Shown: positions 48,956 through 59,885, numbered from the stretch's first letter. The stretch: DNA of 64,000 nucleotides from an uncultured cyanobacterium (GCA_963744145.1 CAVUSO010000001.1:1504001-1568000); one strand, 5' to 3'. Program-made: numbers and translations. Notes: generated by a model not told the origin, from the sequence alone.

Positions 48956-49807
48956 TTATCGGCGTCGTCTACTACCGAATGCTCTGCGGTTAGGAGCAGA
49001 TCGTTTACTGCCAAAACTACTGGAACTGGATTTTCTCTGACTAAATTGATTGTTAGATTTAAGGTTGCTTGAACCATAGCCAGAACCAGTAGAGCGACTA
49101 TTAGTAGAAGAGGTGGAGGAAGGCTTACTCACCTCTGGGCTTGAGTTAGATTTGTTTAATTGACCAGTAGTCCGGAGACGAGCATTTTGAACTACAGCCG
49201 CAGGTGGTGGTGTTTGATAGCGATTTTGGTATTGTCCCACTGCTTGATTATAAGTATTGCCATAACCACCATAGCCACTCAACGTTACTCCTGGGTGATA
49301 TACGGGTGGGATGTAGTATTGGGGAGTAAACAACATATTACCGACCATCTGACCAGCCAAAGCACCAGCGAAAGGAGTCCAAAAACTAGATTCTTGGCGA
49401 ACTACTACGACTTCTCGCTGTCCAGTTTGAGGGTTAGTTTGGGTTTCTGTCACCGCATGAATATATTGGATTTTAAAGTCCTCACTCAGGTGCAAGCTCG
49501 TTTTACCACTTGTAACTTGTAGATAGGTTTTTTTACCCTGAGATACTTCTGTATCGGTCAAACGAGCCATCATCACATCTTTAGTCCGAACTACTGGTGG
49601 ATTACTGTTGAGTAAGAACAGACTATATTCACCATTGACATCATTATAAGTAGCTTGTTGGACTAGATATTGGCCATCAGTTAAGTTTTGCGCGAGATTG
49701 TTGGGCTGGTTAACATTAGTAAATTGATTGGTATTACTTCTACCACAAGCAACCATGATGATGGCAAAACTCAAAGTCATTAACAGGACAAGTAATTTGC
49801 GAAACAT
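48956..49807 (-). CDS. Conserved putative lipoprotein with Ser/Arg-rich tail
   Basis: Lipobox MVAC; FWTPFAGALAG. Confidence 0.75.
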   Translation of the reverse strand: MFRKLLVLLMTLSFAIIMVACGRSNTNQFTNVNQPNNLAQNLTDGQYLVQQATYNDVNGEYSLFLLNSNPPVVRTKDVMMARLTDTEVSQGKKTYLQVTSGKTSLHLSEDFKIQYIHAVTETQTNPQTGQREVVVVRQESSFWTPFAGALAGQMVGNMLFTPQYYIPPVYHPGVTLSGYGGYGNTYNQAVGQYQNRYQTPPPAAVVQNARLRTTGQLNKSNSSPEVSKPSSTSSTNSRSTGSGYGSSNLKSNNQFSQRKSSSSSFGSKRSAPNRRAFGSRRRR

Positions 49808-49913
49808 AATAAATGATGGTAACAACAACTAAAAACCAGTTAACCAGAATAAATTGTAGATCCCTGAGCTGATTTTTCCCAAGATTGACCAATTTCCAAG
49901 ATCAGGAATTGGA

Positions 49914-50522
49914 TTAGAGAGGAATTAATTCGGGAAAGTTACTCAAAATTTGGTCTGCCGTTAATTCATCACCTAATCGAGCTGGGGAAAAATGAATTTG
50001 GATGGCTCGCAAATTGTTTTGGTAGTGCAGATTCATTAAGGTTTTTAATCCAACTCTTAAAGCATTTATATCTGCTAAATCTGTTTCCAATTCCGCTCTT
50101 TCGCCTTCATAAGCAACTGTAATAATCACGACGATATTACGAGTTATTGGTATCGATAAAGGTGAATCTACACTAACATCATCATTCATTTCTACCAGTC
50201 CGCTTAAGTAGCGAGTGCCGGAATCTGTAAAAAGTTCATTTACATAATCAGCCGCTTCACCCTCTGACCAAAATACCTCACCTTCGTTAGCTGCCGATTG
50301 CCAATAGATATCATATTCTAATAATTTTTGGCAGATTTCTACGAGTCCTTCCCCAAGAACACTCAGGTCTCCTTCTGCATCGATCGCTTCTCTTCCCTTC
50401 TGATTTAGTACACCTAGTATTGGTGCTATTTCTGCTCCTACCAGGTGAATAAATAAACGACAGACTACAAACCTGGTTTTGCCTCTAAGTCGATTCAGAC
50501 TATCACTCCATGATGTCATCAT
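49914..50522 (-). CDS. DUF1517-like protein
   Basis: TRFVVCRLFIHL...IHFSPARLGDELT; typical neighbour of the lipoprotein gene. Confidence 0.7.
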   Translation of the reverse strand: MMTSWSDSLNRLRGKTRFVVCRLFIHLVGAEIAPILGVLNQKGREAIDAEGDLSVLGEGLVEICQKLLEYDIYWQSAANEGEVFWSEGEAADYVNELFTDSGTRYLSGLVEMNDDVSVDSPLSIPITRNIVVIITVAYEGERAELETDLADINALRVGLKTLMNLHYQNNLRAIQIHFSPARLGDELTADQILSNFPELIPL

Positions 50523-50566
50523 TAGTTTCCTCTTGTTTGTATATAATTGACAATTAAAGATGACTT

Positions 50567-52126
50567 CTATTGCTCTAGGTAGTGAAAACCTTTGACAAAA
50601 TCAATAACAATTTTTCCAGTTGGCAAAGCGAACTTTGTCGCTGTTGATGTTTCTTTGGAGATGTTATTAGTGTTAGTTTGATTGATGAATCGTTTGCCAA
50701 AGGATGCGTTATGATGAATGGTTAAGGTCTGAGCACTAGAATTAGTTAAAACTAACTGAGTTGGTGACTGAAATAGGTTGCCGCGTTTGATCGTTCTGGC
50801 ATAATTTTTGGAATTGGTAATTTCTCCAACCTTGGCGATCGCTTGATTGATTTCTACTCTTAACTGCTCAATTCTTTGGGGATTTTTGGAGGTGAAGCTA
50901 TCGACTTCTTCCGATTCAATCAGCTTTAAAAAAGCTGTAATGTTTTCTTGGGTAGCTTCGGCATCAGTAAAGGGAAGAATGGCTAAATAAGCAGTAGATA
51001 ATAGTTGATCATCCGCCGCAATTCTAAAGGTAATGGTAGTGCGTCTCGGTCCGACTTCGATACTAGGAGGTTGACTCATTACCGGGTAAACTTGGGCAAT
51101 TTGGTAGTAAGTCGCAGCCAGAGCAAAATTGGATTCTTGCTCTAAAGGTGCATCGACAATAATTTGGATTGTGGGTAGGGTAGCATTAAAAAATTTCTTG
51201 GAATCTTCTGCACTCAAGCGATAAATTTCCGAGCGATCGCCATCGGGACTTAGATCAACCCATTCACAAGTCATCCCTTCAGTTTTTAACCCTAACCGCG
51301 ATACTGCATACAGTTTCGCTCCAGTTAAAATTGCGCCGGTTAAATCAGCACCAACCCAATCAGCTTGGATCAAGTTAGCTTGGGTTAAATCAGCGTGAAC
51401 TAAACTAGCATTCAATAAGTTGGCATTACTTAAGTCTGCACCCATTAAGTTGGCACCACTTAATTTAGCTTCGCTTAAGTCAGCCCAGCGTAAATTGGTG
51501 CCACTCAAATCAGCCCAGCGCATATTCGCTCCACTGAGATCAGCCCCACTCAGATTAGCCCGACTCAGATTAGCTTGTCTCAGTTCTGCATCTTTGAGAT
51601 TAGCCCCACTTAGATTAGCTCGGCTTAGATCAGTACCATGTAAATTTGCTTGTCCGAGATTAGCTGCGGTCATTGAAGTCCCTCTGAGATTGACTCCACT
51701 CAAATTAGCCCGACTGAGATTAGCTTGTCTCAGTTTGGCTTCGCGTAGATCCGCACCGCTAAAATTAGCACCATTAAGGTTAGCTCCACTGAGTTCAGCC
51801 CGAATTAATTCAGCGCGAATCAAGGTAGCTTGAATTAGTTGGGCACCAGTCAGATCCGCCCGAATCAAGTTAGCCACATTGATACAGGCACCATTTAAGT
51901 TAGCTCGACAGAGATTCGCACCACTCATCCGGGCCACATTCAATTTGGCACCACTTAAGTTAGCATCACTGAGATTGGCCCCACTCAGGTTAGCCACACA
52001 GAGATTTACCTGACTGAGATTGGCACCACTGAGATTGGCCCCACTTAAGTTGGCCTCACTGAGATTGATAGCAGTAAAGTCTCTTACTCCAGCTGCGTAT
52101 TTTTTTAAGAGTTCCTCGACTTCCAT
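50567..52126 (-). CDS. Pentapeptide repeat protein
   Basis: A(N/D)LSG repeats plus C-terminal globular domain. Confidence 0.93.
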   Translation of the reverse strand: MEVEELLKKYAAGVRDFTAINLSEANLSGANLSGANLSQVNLCVANLSGANLSDANLSGAKLNVARMSGANLCRANLNGACINVANLIRADLTGAQLIQATLIRAELIRAELSGANLNGANFSGADLREAKLRQANLSRANLSGVNLRGTSMTAANLGQANLHGTDLSRANLSGANLKDAELRQANLSRANLSGADLSGANMRWADLSGTNLRWADLSEAKLSGANLMGADLSNANLLNASLVHADLTQANLIQADWVGADLTGAILTGAKLYAVSRLGLKTEGMTCEWVDLSPDGDRSEIYRLSAEDSKKFFNATLPTIQIIVDAPLEQESNFALAATYYQIAQVYPVMSQPPSIEVGPRRTTITFRIAADDQLLSTAYLAILPFTDAEATQENITAFLKLIESEEVDSFTSKNPQRIEQLRVEINQAIAKVGEITNSKNYARTIKRGNLFQSPTQLVLTNSSAQTLTIHHNASFGKRFINQTNTNNISKETSTATKFALPTGKIVIDFVKGFHYLEQ

Positions 52127-52629
52127 TGGGGCTACCTTGCAAACATTTTTATACTTCGACTACGCTCAGTACAAGGGTTTTAATACCACCCAGTCATAAT
52201 TTTGGGGGATTATTATCTTTTGCCAAGAAAACCATCCTTTTGGTTTGGGTGGAGCCGCAGCAAGCCACTTTGAGCTAAATGCTCGCAGCAACGGCAAAAT
52301 GCTGATGCTAGAATTAAGTTCTAGTGGCCACTTTTTTTAGCTTAACTGTGTTGATCTACTTATTTATGCTGGGCAACATTATGTTGTTTATCCCGACATG
52401 GTTCTTCTTATCCTAAACTTTTTCTGTGATTTTGAGAAATAATCAGATGGAATTTTTTCTCAAGACCTGCTTGTTGGGTTTGATCAGCCTTAAAAAAACA
52501 CATCGTCTTGTTGTCAATCAACGGTTTTTCGGAAATATTGGGATGGGAAATTATTTGATTTTTTACTGGTCAGAGTAAAATAAGGATAGGATCAGATATA
52601 AATTATCTAATAACTTTTCTCAATAGTGA

Positions 52630-54222
52630 TTAAATATCGTCAATCTCTTGATTAAATCCTTTGAGAAAATCAACTACTATTCTCATATTAGTAAGTTTAA
52701 ATTTGCTAGTTTTAATCGCCGGTAGAGTTCCCGCACTAATCCCCATTGAACTATTGGGAAAATGTTTACCAAAAGATGGGTGACGATGGATACTTAATGC
52801 TTGGTTACTGGAATTAGTTAATATGGTTTGAGTAGGAGCTTGAAAAAATTTCCCTCTTTTCGCCATTTTATCATATATTTTTGTATTTTTTAATTCACTC
52901 ACATTACTAATGGATTTTTTCAGGGCGTTACTGACTTGTTCAATTAGCTTTGGATACCTAGTTATTGATTCATCAAATTCGGAAACTTGAATTTGTTTGA
53001 CTAAAGTGGTGAGATTTTCCTGAGTATCGACCGCATCTTGAAAAGGTAGAATTGCTAGATAAGCAGCAGAAAATAATTGCTCATCACTGGAAAGCCGAAA
53101 AGTAATAATGGTACGACGATGACTAACTTCGATGCTGGGAGGATAGCTGCTGATCGGATAAGTTTGGATGATTTGTTGATAAATAGCAGCTAAAGCACAA
53201 TTAGCGTTTAAGTCTAATGGTGCATCAATGACAATGCGGACTGTGGGTAAAATGGCATTAAAAAACTTTTTCGAGTTTTCGGAGGTAAATCGGTAAATTT
53301 GAGAGCGATCGCCCGTGGGACTTAAATCTACCCATTCACAGGTCATTCCTTCAGTTTTTAATCCAAATCGAGATACCGCATGGAGTTTGGCTCCGGTTAA
53401 AATTGCGCCGGTTAAGTCTGCACCGACCCAATCCGCATGAATGAAATTAGCTTGGGTAAGATTGGCATGAACTAAACTAGCATTCATTAGATTAGCATTG
53501 CTTAAGTCTGCACCGACTAAATTGGCACCACTTAATTTGGCTTCACTCAGATCAGCCCAACGGAGATTCACACCACTCAGATCAGCCCACCGCAAATTGG
53601 CACCACTTAAATCTGCCCCACTCAGGTTAGCGAGAGTTAAATTAGTTTGTCTGAGTTCTGCATCTCGGAGATTAGCACCACTAAGATCACAACGACTTAA
53701 ATCTGTTCCTTTTAAGTTTGCTTGTTCTAAGTTAACTGCAATCATCGAAGTACCACTAAGATCGGCTTCACTTAAATTCGCTCCACTTAAGTTCGCTTGT
53801 CTAAGTTTGGCTTCCCGAATTACTGCCCCGATTAAATTAGCACCACTGAGATCCGCACCACTGAGATCCGCTCTCATTAATTCTGCCCGAATTAAAGCGG
53901 CTTCAATCAATTCTGCTCCGCTCAGGTCAGCCCGAATTAAATTGGCAACGTTTAGATCTGCCCCATTTAAGATGGCATTATTGAGATTGGCACCACTGAG
54001 TCTGGCGACATTGAGTTTGGCTTGGGTTAAGTTAGCTGATCCCAAATTCGCTCCACTGAGATTGGCTACACTCAAAACCGCATAAGATAAATTGGCATTA
54101 CTGAGATTGACTCCACTCAAATTGGCTTCACTGACGTTAATCGCGATGAAGTCCCTGACTCCTGCCGCATATTGTTTAAGGAGTTCCTCGGCTTCCATTG
54201 ACGCTACCTTTGACAAACTCAT
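52630..54222 (-). CDS. Pentapeptide repeat protein (tandem paralogue)
   Basis: Collinear with 50567-52126; start may be 54198. Confidence 0.93.
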   Translation of the reverse strand: MSLSKVASMEAEELLKQYAAGVRDFIAINVSEANLSGVNLSNANLSYAVLSVANLSGANLGSANLTQAKLNVARLSGANLNNAILNGADLNVANLIRADLSGAELIEAALIRAELMRADLSGADLSGANLIGAVIREAKLRQANLSGANLSEADLSGTSMIAVNLEQANLKGTDLSRCDLSGANLRDAELRQTNLTLANLSGADLSGANLRWADLSGVNLRWADLSEAKLSGANLVGADLSNANLMNASLVHANLTQANFIHADWVGADLTGAILTGAKLHAVSRFGLKTEGMTCEWVDLSPTGDRSQIYRFTSENSKKFFNAILPTVRIVIDAPLDLNANCALAAIYQQIIQTYPISSYPPSIEVSHRRTIITFRLSSDEQLFSAAYLAILPFQDAVDTQENLTTLVKQIQVSEFDESITRYPKLIEQVSNALKKSISNVSELKNTKIYDKMAKRGKFFQAPTQTILTNSSNQALSIHRHPSFGKHFPNSSMGISAGTLPAIKTSKFKLTNMRIVVDFLKGFNQEIDDI

Positions 54223-54375
54223 AGTTAGGTTTAAACGCTATTGCCAGCTTAAAATTACATCTGGGGTAAAGATTTGTTAGACGCAATAGCATTTGCTACT
54301 GCCTATTGCTTTTGCCTCTTTCACCTCTATGATGGTTTGACAATCTGATTAGCTAGTTTTTGTTGGATATAGTAA

Positions 54376-55233
54376 ATGAATATTGGCATTGTTGGGTTAG
54401 GTTTAATTGGTGGTTCTCTCGGCTTAGATTTACGATCGCTTGGCCATCGGGTCTTGGGGGTTAGTCGTAGTCCCCAAACTTGTACTCAGGCGATCGCTCG
54501 ATCAATTGTGGATGAAGCTAGTGTGGATTTGTCTTTGTTGACAGGTGCTGATCTGGTTTTTATTTGTACCCCCTTGATGGCCATTGTTCCCACAGTTGAG
54601 CAATTGATTCCTTTTCTTTCTCCTCAAACTATTTTGACTGATGTTGGTTCAGTAAAAACCCCTCTGGTGCAAGCAATTACTCCTCTTTGGTCTAATTTTG
54701 TTGGTGGTCATCCCATGGCTGGGTTATCTGAAAGCGGTTTGGATGCGGCCCAATCCCATTTATTTGTCCATGCACCTTATGTTACCACCCCTGTCCCCAG
54801 TACCCCCGCCCTGGCCCTGACCATCGTCGAGGAACTGGTGGGATCGCTCCAAGCGAGAGTTTATCGCTGTAGTCCGGAAAATCACGATCGGGCGGTTGCT
54901 TGGATTTCCCATCTACCTGTGATGATTAGTGCTAGTTTAATTGCTGCGGCGATGAGTGAAAATGATGCAGCAATTCTCTCTTTGGCCCAATCCTTAGCGA
55001 GCTCTGGTTTCCGTGATACCAGTCGTGTTGGTGGTGGCAATCCAGAGTTAGGGGTAATGATGGCTCAATTTAATCGCACTTCTCTGTTACTTTCATTACA
55101 ATCCTACCGCGATCGCCTGGACCAATTTATTACTCAGATTGAGGAGGAAAATTGGCCAGATTTAGCCCAACAACTAATCGCCACTCAACGGGCTAGACCT
55201 GATTTTATCCAGAAAAACTCGCTGGTTCCATGA
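54376..55233 (+). CDS. tyrA: Prephenate/arogenate dehydrogenase
   Basis: GLGLIGGS, DVGSVK, GGHPMAG, HDRAVAWISHLP, GFRDTSRV. Confidence 0.95.
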   Translation: MNIGIVGLGLIGGSLGLDLRSLGHRVLGVSRSPQTCTQAIARSIVDEASVDLSLLTGADLVFICTPLMAIVPTVEQLIPFLSPQTILTDVGSVKTPLVQAITPLWSNFVGGHPMAGLSESGLDAAQSHLFVHAPYVTTPVPSTPALALTIVEELVGSLQARVYRCSPENHDRAVAWISHLPVMISASLIAAAMSENDAAILSLAQSLASSGFRDTSRVGGGNPELGVMMAQFNRTSLLLSLQSYRDRLDQFITQIEEENWPDLAQQLIATQRARPDFIQKNSLVP

Positions 55234-55269
55234 TTAATTTGGTGAGGTTTAATCTTTTACCAACTCTAG

Positions 55270-55716
55270 CTAATCAATCTCATGAGTCAATAAGTACCAA
55301 AATACAGCCACATTCAGGAGAAAAACCACTAATTTTAATGATGATATACCTTTGAATAGTTCATAGATCTCTAATGGTATACTAATCCCAACGATTCCGA
55401 CCACTAATAATTTTGCCCATTTTTTCTGATACCACAAGCCCACCGCTTCAATTCCGTTTAAGGTTGCATATATAGCTGTGGCACTAACCGCAAATATGTA
55501 ATGTTTTGGATTTACACTTAAAATCTTTTCTAAAAACCATTTGACAATTTCTCGTTTACCTGATAGAACGTAGTCTTCTGCATAATCATATAGTTCATTT
55601 TGGCTTTTGAGTGCCAGAAATAAACTGAGGGAAGTAATAGTCAACAGCAAAGCTTGAAGACCTTTGTAAGCAACAATCAGCTTCAATGCGTTTGGACGTT
55701 TATGATGTCTATTCAC
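55270..55716 (-). CDS. DUF2127 family membrane protein
   Basis: IVAYKG, EAVGLW..K.WA, IPLEIYE. Confidence 0.8.
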   Translation of the reverse strand: MNRHHKRPNALKLIVAYKGLQALLLTITSLSLFLALKSQNELYDYAEDYVLSGKREIVKWFLEKILSVNPKHYIFAVSATAIYATLNGIEAVGLWYQKKWAKLLVVGIVGISIPLEIYELFKGISSLKLVVFLLNVAVFWYLLTHEID

Positions 55717-56070
55717 GTCAGTTATGGTTAGCTTAAATCTATGGGTTAATCGAGTCTACTTTATTTTAATGTCAAAAAAAGCTGCGAGCTATAGTAATTT
55801 ATTATTGTTCAATCTGGAGGTTTGACTGAGTTGCGATCGCAGTCCGCACGTTTGTACGTCCGCATTGCCAGTTAATTCTATATGATCAATTTATTTTTAT
55901 TTCTAAGAAGCATATTAATGCTGGTAGCGATCGCAGTCGGTCTAATTATACCTTGTGAAAATTACCTTTTCTTTTGTTCCTGGAGTAGCATATTAGCCCA
56001 TTCCCGGTTTTTTGATGGTAAAGGTGGTACAGGTTCGAGTCGATCATCTATAACCTCGCTTCGACGACAT

Positions 56071-56697
56071 TTATTTTTCCAAACTCTCTCTCAACTTTTG
56101 ACGAAACTCTAAAACTAGATCTCTTGGTTTACCAGGTTTCATCATGTAATGAGCGAGTAAACTTAAATCTAAATTTGGTAACAACTCACTTTGATCAATC
56201 TGCTCATAGCCATTTTCTCGCAGAGAATATAAAGAAAATTGATGATTTTCCCAAAACCAAACTTCAGGAAGTTGCAACCCTTGATAAATTTCTAAGGAAT
56301 TAATTCCTCCACTGGTAATAACTACTTCAATAGCAAGATCTGGGATTAATTTTTCTGAACCAAAACAATAAGATTCATCAGGTTCTATTCCTTTGGCTAT
56401 TTTTTGTTCTCTAAAAGTAGTTGACCCTAAAGGATAGAAATCAATCCCCTCTTCTAAAAAATAGCATTCCAACAACATCGCCATTAGTTTTTTATTAAAT
56501 TCATGACGACGACTAGGTGACATAATTTCTAAAACTCCGGCTAGATAACTGACTCGATAACCAGAGCGATCGCCTAATTTATTGAGCAATTTTTCATACT
56601 GTTCCCAACTTACTCCAGAAGTGATTAACCTTGATTCAGGATCATCTGCTAATAATCCCAATTCATCTGATATATCTTTAAATAAAATTCTAGTCAT
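56071..56697 (-). CDS. Uma2 family endonuclease
   Basis: VSWEQY, EPDESY, PDLAIEVV, PEVWFW. Confidence 0.9.
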   Translation of the reverse strand: MTRILFKDISDELGLLADDPESRLITSGVSWEQYEKLLNKLGDRSGYRVSYLAGVLEIMSPSRRHEFNKKLMAMLLECYFLEEGIDFYPLGSTTFREQKIAKGIEPDESYCFGSEKLIPDLAIEVVITSGGINSLEIYQGLQLPEVWFWENHQFSLYSLRENGYEQIDQSELLPNLDLSLLAHYMMKPGKPRDLVLEFRQKLRESLEK

Positions 56698-56737
56698 AAT
56701 TTTAGCTACCTGGCGATCGCTTCTCTAAAATTTTGAT

Positions 56738-57100
56738 TCATATCGGTAATTTTCTCACTCTGAATGTTTCATCTGTTACAGAAATAATTGCTCCTGCTGC
56801 CAAATTCTCTGCACATAAATTCAGTATTTCATCCAAACGTTCGTTGATTATTTGATAGCTTTCATTTCCTAGCCGAAATAAAATCACACTGGGTAATTCT
56901 GCGCCACTTGTAGCTAACAAATAACCAAAATCTAAATCAACAGTTAACACAATTCTTTCCTCATCCTTAGCTTTGACTAGAATTTCATCATCAGGTAATC
57001 TTTCTAAACCTTCTTCAACTAAATGAATAGCATCGTAACCGCGATTTCTAAGCCAATTAACAGTACGCGGTGAAATCCCCATATCTGCTAAAAATTTCAT
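56738..57100 (-). CDS. DUF5615 PIN-like toxin
   Basis: MKFLADMGIS, DDEIL, LTVDLDFG. Confidence 0.85.
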   Translation of the reverse strand: MKFLADMGISPRTVNWLRNRGYDAIHLVEEGLERLPDDEILVKAKDEERIVLTVDLDFGYLLATSGAELPSVILFRLGNESYQIINERLDEILNLCAENLAAGAIISVTDETFRVRKLPI

Positions 57101-57339
57101 TAGACTTTTTCCACAGTTGTAAAAGCATAAACTCGTTCTTCAGTTAGCCACGCTGCATAAAGCAAAGATTGACGAATATCCTCTGGTTCTAAATAAGGAT
57201 AATCCTCAATAATGTCTGCTACTGTTTTACCATTTGCGACTAAGTTCACCACTAAAGAAACAGGCACCCGCATTCCCCGAATACAAGCTTTACCTGCCAT
57301 AATCCGAGGATTAAATGTAATGCGATCTAGACCTAACAT
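57100..57339 (-). CDS. DUF433 antitoxin
   Basis: RITFNPRIMAGKACIRGMRVPV...YPYLEPEDI. Confidence 0.9.
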   Translation of the reverse strand: MLGLDRITFNPRIMAGKACIRGMRVPVSLVVNLVANGKTVADIIEDYPYLEPEDIRQSLLYAAWLTEERVYAFTTVEKV

Positions 57340-57618
57340 AAATTAACTCTCCAAAATACTTTTAATTTCAATTATAATCTAATCTATCCTATTAAACGAG
57401 CAATGGTTTTAGCTATTTTCAAGGGCGATCACTGAGCGATCAGATCCTTCTTAGTAGCTGATTTATTCCCAGATATGAGATTATTTTATCCCAACTAATA
57501 AAGATTCTATCTAAAATCTACTTCTCAACGCCACCATTTGGTTACATCCTGAAGCACCCACACCTTCCCCCAGTTTTTTACCTGCTTCTTCTGTGGCTTT
57601 TTCCCCTGCTTTCACTAG

Positions 57619-59046
57619 CTACGGTGTACACACAACCATACCTAGAGCGAGTTTCCAGCCATCAAAAAAGGATTGAAATTGGCTTAGTCCGCGCACTAAA
57701 GTAGTAATTCCTGGCGGTTTTTGAGACCGATAGCCAGACCAACCACCCAGTCGAGCAATAATCCAAGTTGCCCAAGGTAAAGAATGAGGTGGATAAGGAT
57801 TTTGTTGTGCTAAAGTTGGTCCGGAAACAGTGGGAGCAATCTGGGATAAACATTGCTGTTGTTCATCATTGAATGCGTAGGTTGCAGGTAATTCAGGCTG
57901 GTCACGCCCGACAATTAACTGCAAAATTCTGACAGCTACCGATAAAGCTAAAACACACAATTTTTGAATAGATTTAATTGACTCTAATTGAGTTGCTTCG
58001 AGATCTAAGCCAACGGATTTGAGGGTAGCAAACAGTTGTTCAATCCGCCAGCGCCATTTGTACCATTCAATTACTTGTAATGCTTGTTCAATACAAACTA
58101 CTCTATGTGTAGTGAGTAATCGCCAGTGAATCGGTTGTTGACCTTTTGGTGGATTGACTTCTACAGCTTCCACTGCGTAAAGATTGACACTTTCTGGATA
58201 ATCTGCGGCAGATAAATGCTCAGGACGCTGAATTTGAACGAGGGCACAACGTACTAACATGAATGCTTCTCTCGCTGTTCGTCCAACCCGTGAGTCAGCC
58301 TGGACTTCAATGGCATAAGTTCCTTCACAATGTTGCTGACTTAAATAGGTATACAGAGACTCAGACTGCTCTTTGAGCCGACGGTTCTGTCCGACTCTAA
58401 TTAAGAGATGATGCTGTTGATTAGGTACTCTGACAAATTCTTCAAATATATCGCTTTCCCGATCGCCTATATGAGTCACCATTTTCATATTAGACCAGCT
58501 GAAACAGGTGCGGGTTTGAGCGGCTGACTTGAGCCATTTATAGGATTCTTTTTCTTCAATCGGTAAGTTTTTATATTTTCTTTCATGCTTATCCTGATGG
58601 TCAGGTTCTCTTGTCCACAATTGCACTGTACTTAATCCAAGTGGGAATCCATTTTCTGCATCTAATACCAGTGTGGGATGAATATAAAATCCGATATCTT
58701 GATTGTTTCCTACTACTCCAATTCCCTCGGATTTCAATCTCCCTTTGTGAGACTCTAAGTTAATTTCACTACTATCACTTATCGCTAAGACGTGGTGTTT
58801 TCCATCTACCTGTAAGGCGCAATGCTCTCCTAAACTTACGACTAATTCTCCAGTTTTTACATTCTCATTCCCTAAAAATCGGTAATATCCAACTTGCTCG
58901 GCTCGATTTTTACTGATTTTCCGAATATTTACTGATTGATGTTGTGCCATTGCTGCATACAATGAAGCCCCTCTTTTTCCCAGTCTTGGATCTCCGAATG
59001 CTGTTCTCTCACATTGTTGCACATGAATTAAAATTGGATTTTCCAC
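57619..59046 (-). CDS. IS4 family transposase (Tn5-like)
   Basis: FGDPRLGKR, GDRESD, WYKWRWRIEQLFATLK, IARLGGW; stop codon lies in the terminal IR. Confidence 0.95.
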   Translation of the reverse strand: MENPILIHVQQCERTAFGDPRLGKRGASLYAAMAQHQSVNIRKISKNRAEQVGYYRFLGNENVKTGELVVSLGEHCALQVDGKHHVLAISDSSEINLESHKGRLKSEGIGVVGNNQDIGFYIHPTLVLDAENGFPLGLSTVQLWTREPDHQDKHERKYKNLPIEEKESYKWLKSAAQTRTCFSWSNMKMVTHIGDRESDIFEEFVRVPNQQHHLLIRVGQNRRLKEQSESLYTYLSQQHCEGTYAIEVQADSRVGRTAREAFMLVRCALVQIQRPEHLSAADYPESVNLYAVEAVEVNPPKGQQPIHWRLLTTHRVVCIEQALQVIEWYKWRWRIEQLFATLKSVGLDLEATQLESIKSIQKLCVLALSVAVRILQLIVGRDQPELPATYAFNDEQQQCLSQIAPTVSGPTLAQQNPYPPHSLPWATWIIARLGGWSGYRSQKPPGITTLVRGLSQFQSFFDGWKLALGMVVCTP

Positions 59047-59108
59047 TACTTTTTTCTCCTTACTTCCCTTCTCTCCTTACTCTATCTCAACTTGTGTGTA
59101 CACCGTAG
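57619..59108 (-). mobile_element. IS4-family (IS50/Tn5-like) insertion sequence
   Basis: Perfect 17-bp IR CTACGGTGTACACACAA; 11-bp TSD gctttcactag (57608-18, 59109-19). Confidence 0.95.
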
Positions 59109-59281
59109 GCTTTCACTAGATAGGGTAAGAAAGGAGTTAAAAAAGCGGTCAAAGTTACTACATCCATCAGCTAGCTCCTGTGCAATTGTTCATGTAATAC
59201 AGACTAACCTAGCAAACTTCCAGATTTTGTCCAGCAAATATTTACTTTTTTTAAGTTAATTCGCGATCGCGCCATTTTCAG

Positions 59282-59434
59282 TCAACAACAAAAATTAACA
59301 ATAGCTGCTAATGCTAAGGATAACATTTGCTCATTATCTAAATCTTCACGACTTTTATCTTTAACAAAATTAATTGCTGTCATAGCAGAATCTCGTATAT
59401 GTTTAAGGCGCGTTAAATCGTCAATTTTGCTCAT
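59282..59434 (-). pseudogene. Truncated HEPN/DUF86 (HepT-like) toxin
   Basis: MSKIDDLTRLKHIRDSAMTAINFVKDKSREDLDNEQMLSLAL then unrelated tail and stop after 50 codons; overlaps MNT stop. Confidence 0.78.
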
Positions 59435-59723
59435 AGATTACCATCGCTTCTTGTAAAACTTGATCGCGAAAATAACGACTTAAATCGGCGCTAGTCCTTA
59501 AATCTACTATCCGTCCTAATAAGTGGCTTAATTCATCTTCCATACTTACAATCGCCAGCCCAGGGGTTTTTCCTGATTCAAACTCCACTAATACATCTAT
59601 ATCACTTTCAACTGTAAAATCATCACGTAAAACTGAACCAAATAAAGACAATTTACGAATATGATGTCGCTGACAAAATTGATTAATCTCTGTCTTTGGT
59701 AAATCAATTGGTAAGGTTTTCAT
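59421..59723 (-). CDS. Minimal nucleotidyltransferase (MNT/MntA antitoxin)
   Basis: LFGSVLRDD...SDIDVLVEF...VDL. Confidence 0.9.
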   Translation of the reverse strand: MKTLPIDLPKTEINQFCQRHHIRKLSLFGSVLRDDFTVESDIDVLVEFESGKTPGLAIVSMEDELSHLLGRIVDLRTSADLSRYFRDQVLQEAMVIYEQN

Positions 59724-59885
59724 ATTCCCAATTCCTTAAAATTATTAGCGAACGCTACCATATTAAACGAGCGATGGTTCGGGCTATTGTGAATGTACCC
59801 CAACTTGGATCAGAAATTTTAGTTGGGTTGTGTTCAATGATATTATATAAGACTCAGAAGTTAATTTTAGCAACGAAAAAATTTT

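Noticed and set aside
52230..52335. GC-richer stretch upstream of a pentapeptide gene as a riboswitch/ncRNA
   Set aside because: Could not match a known consensus by eye; needs an Rfam/Infernal search
51420..54085. Plus-strand ORFs 51420-51833 and 53498-54085
   Set aside because: Antisense shadows of pentapeptide repeats
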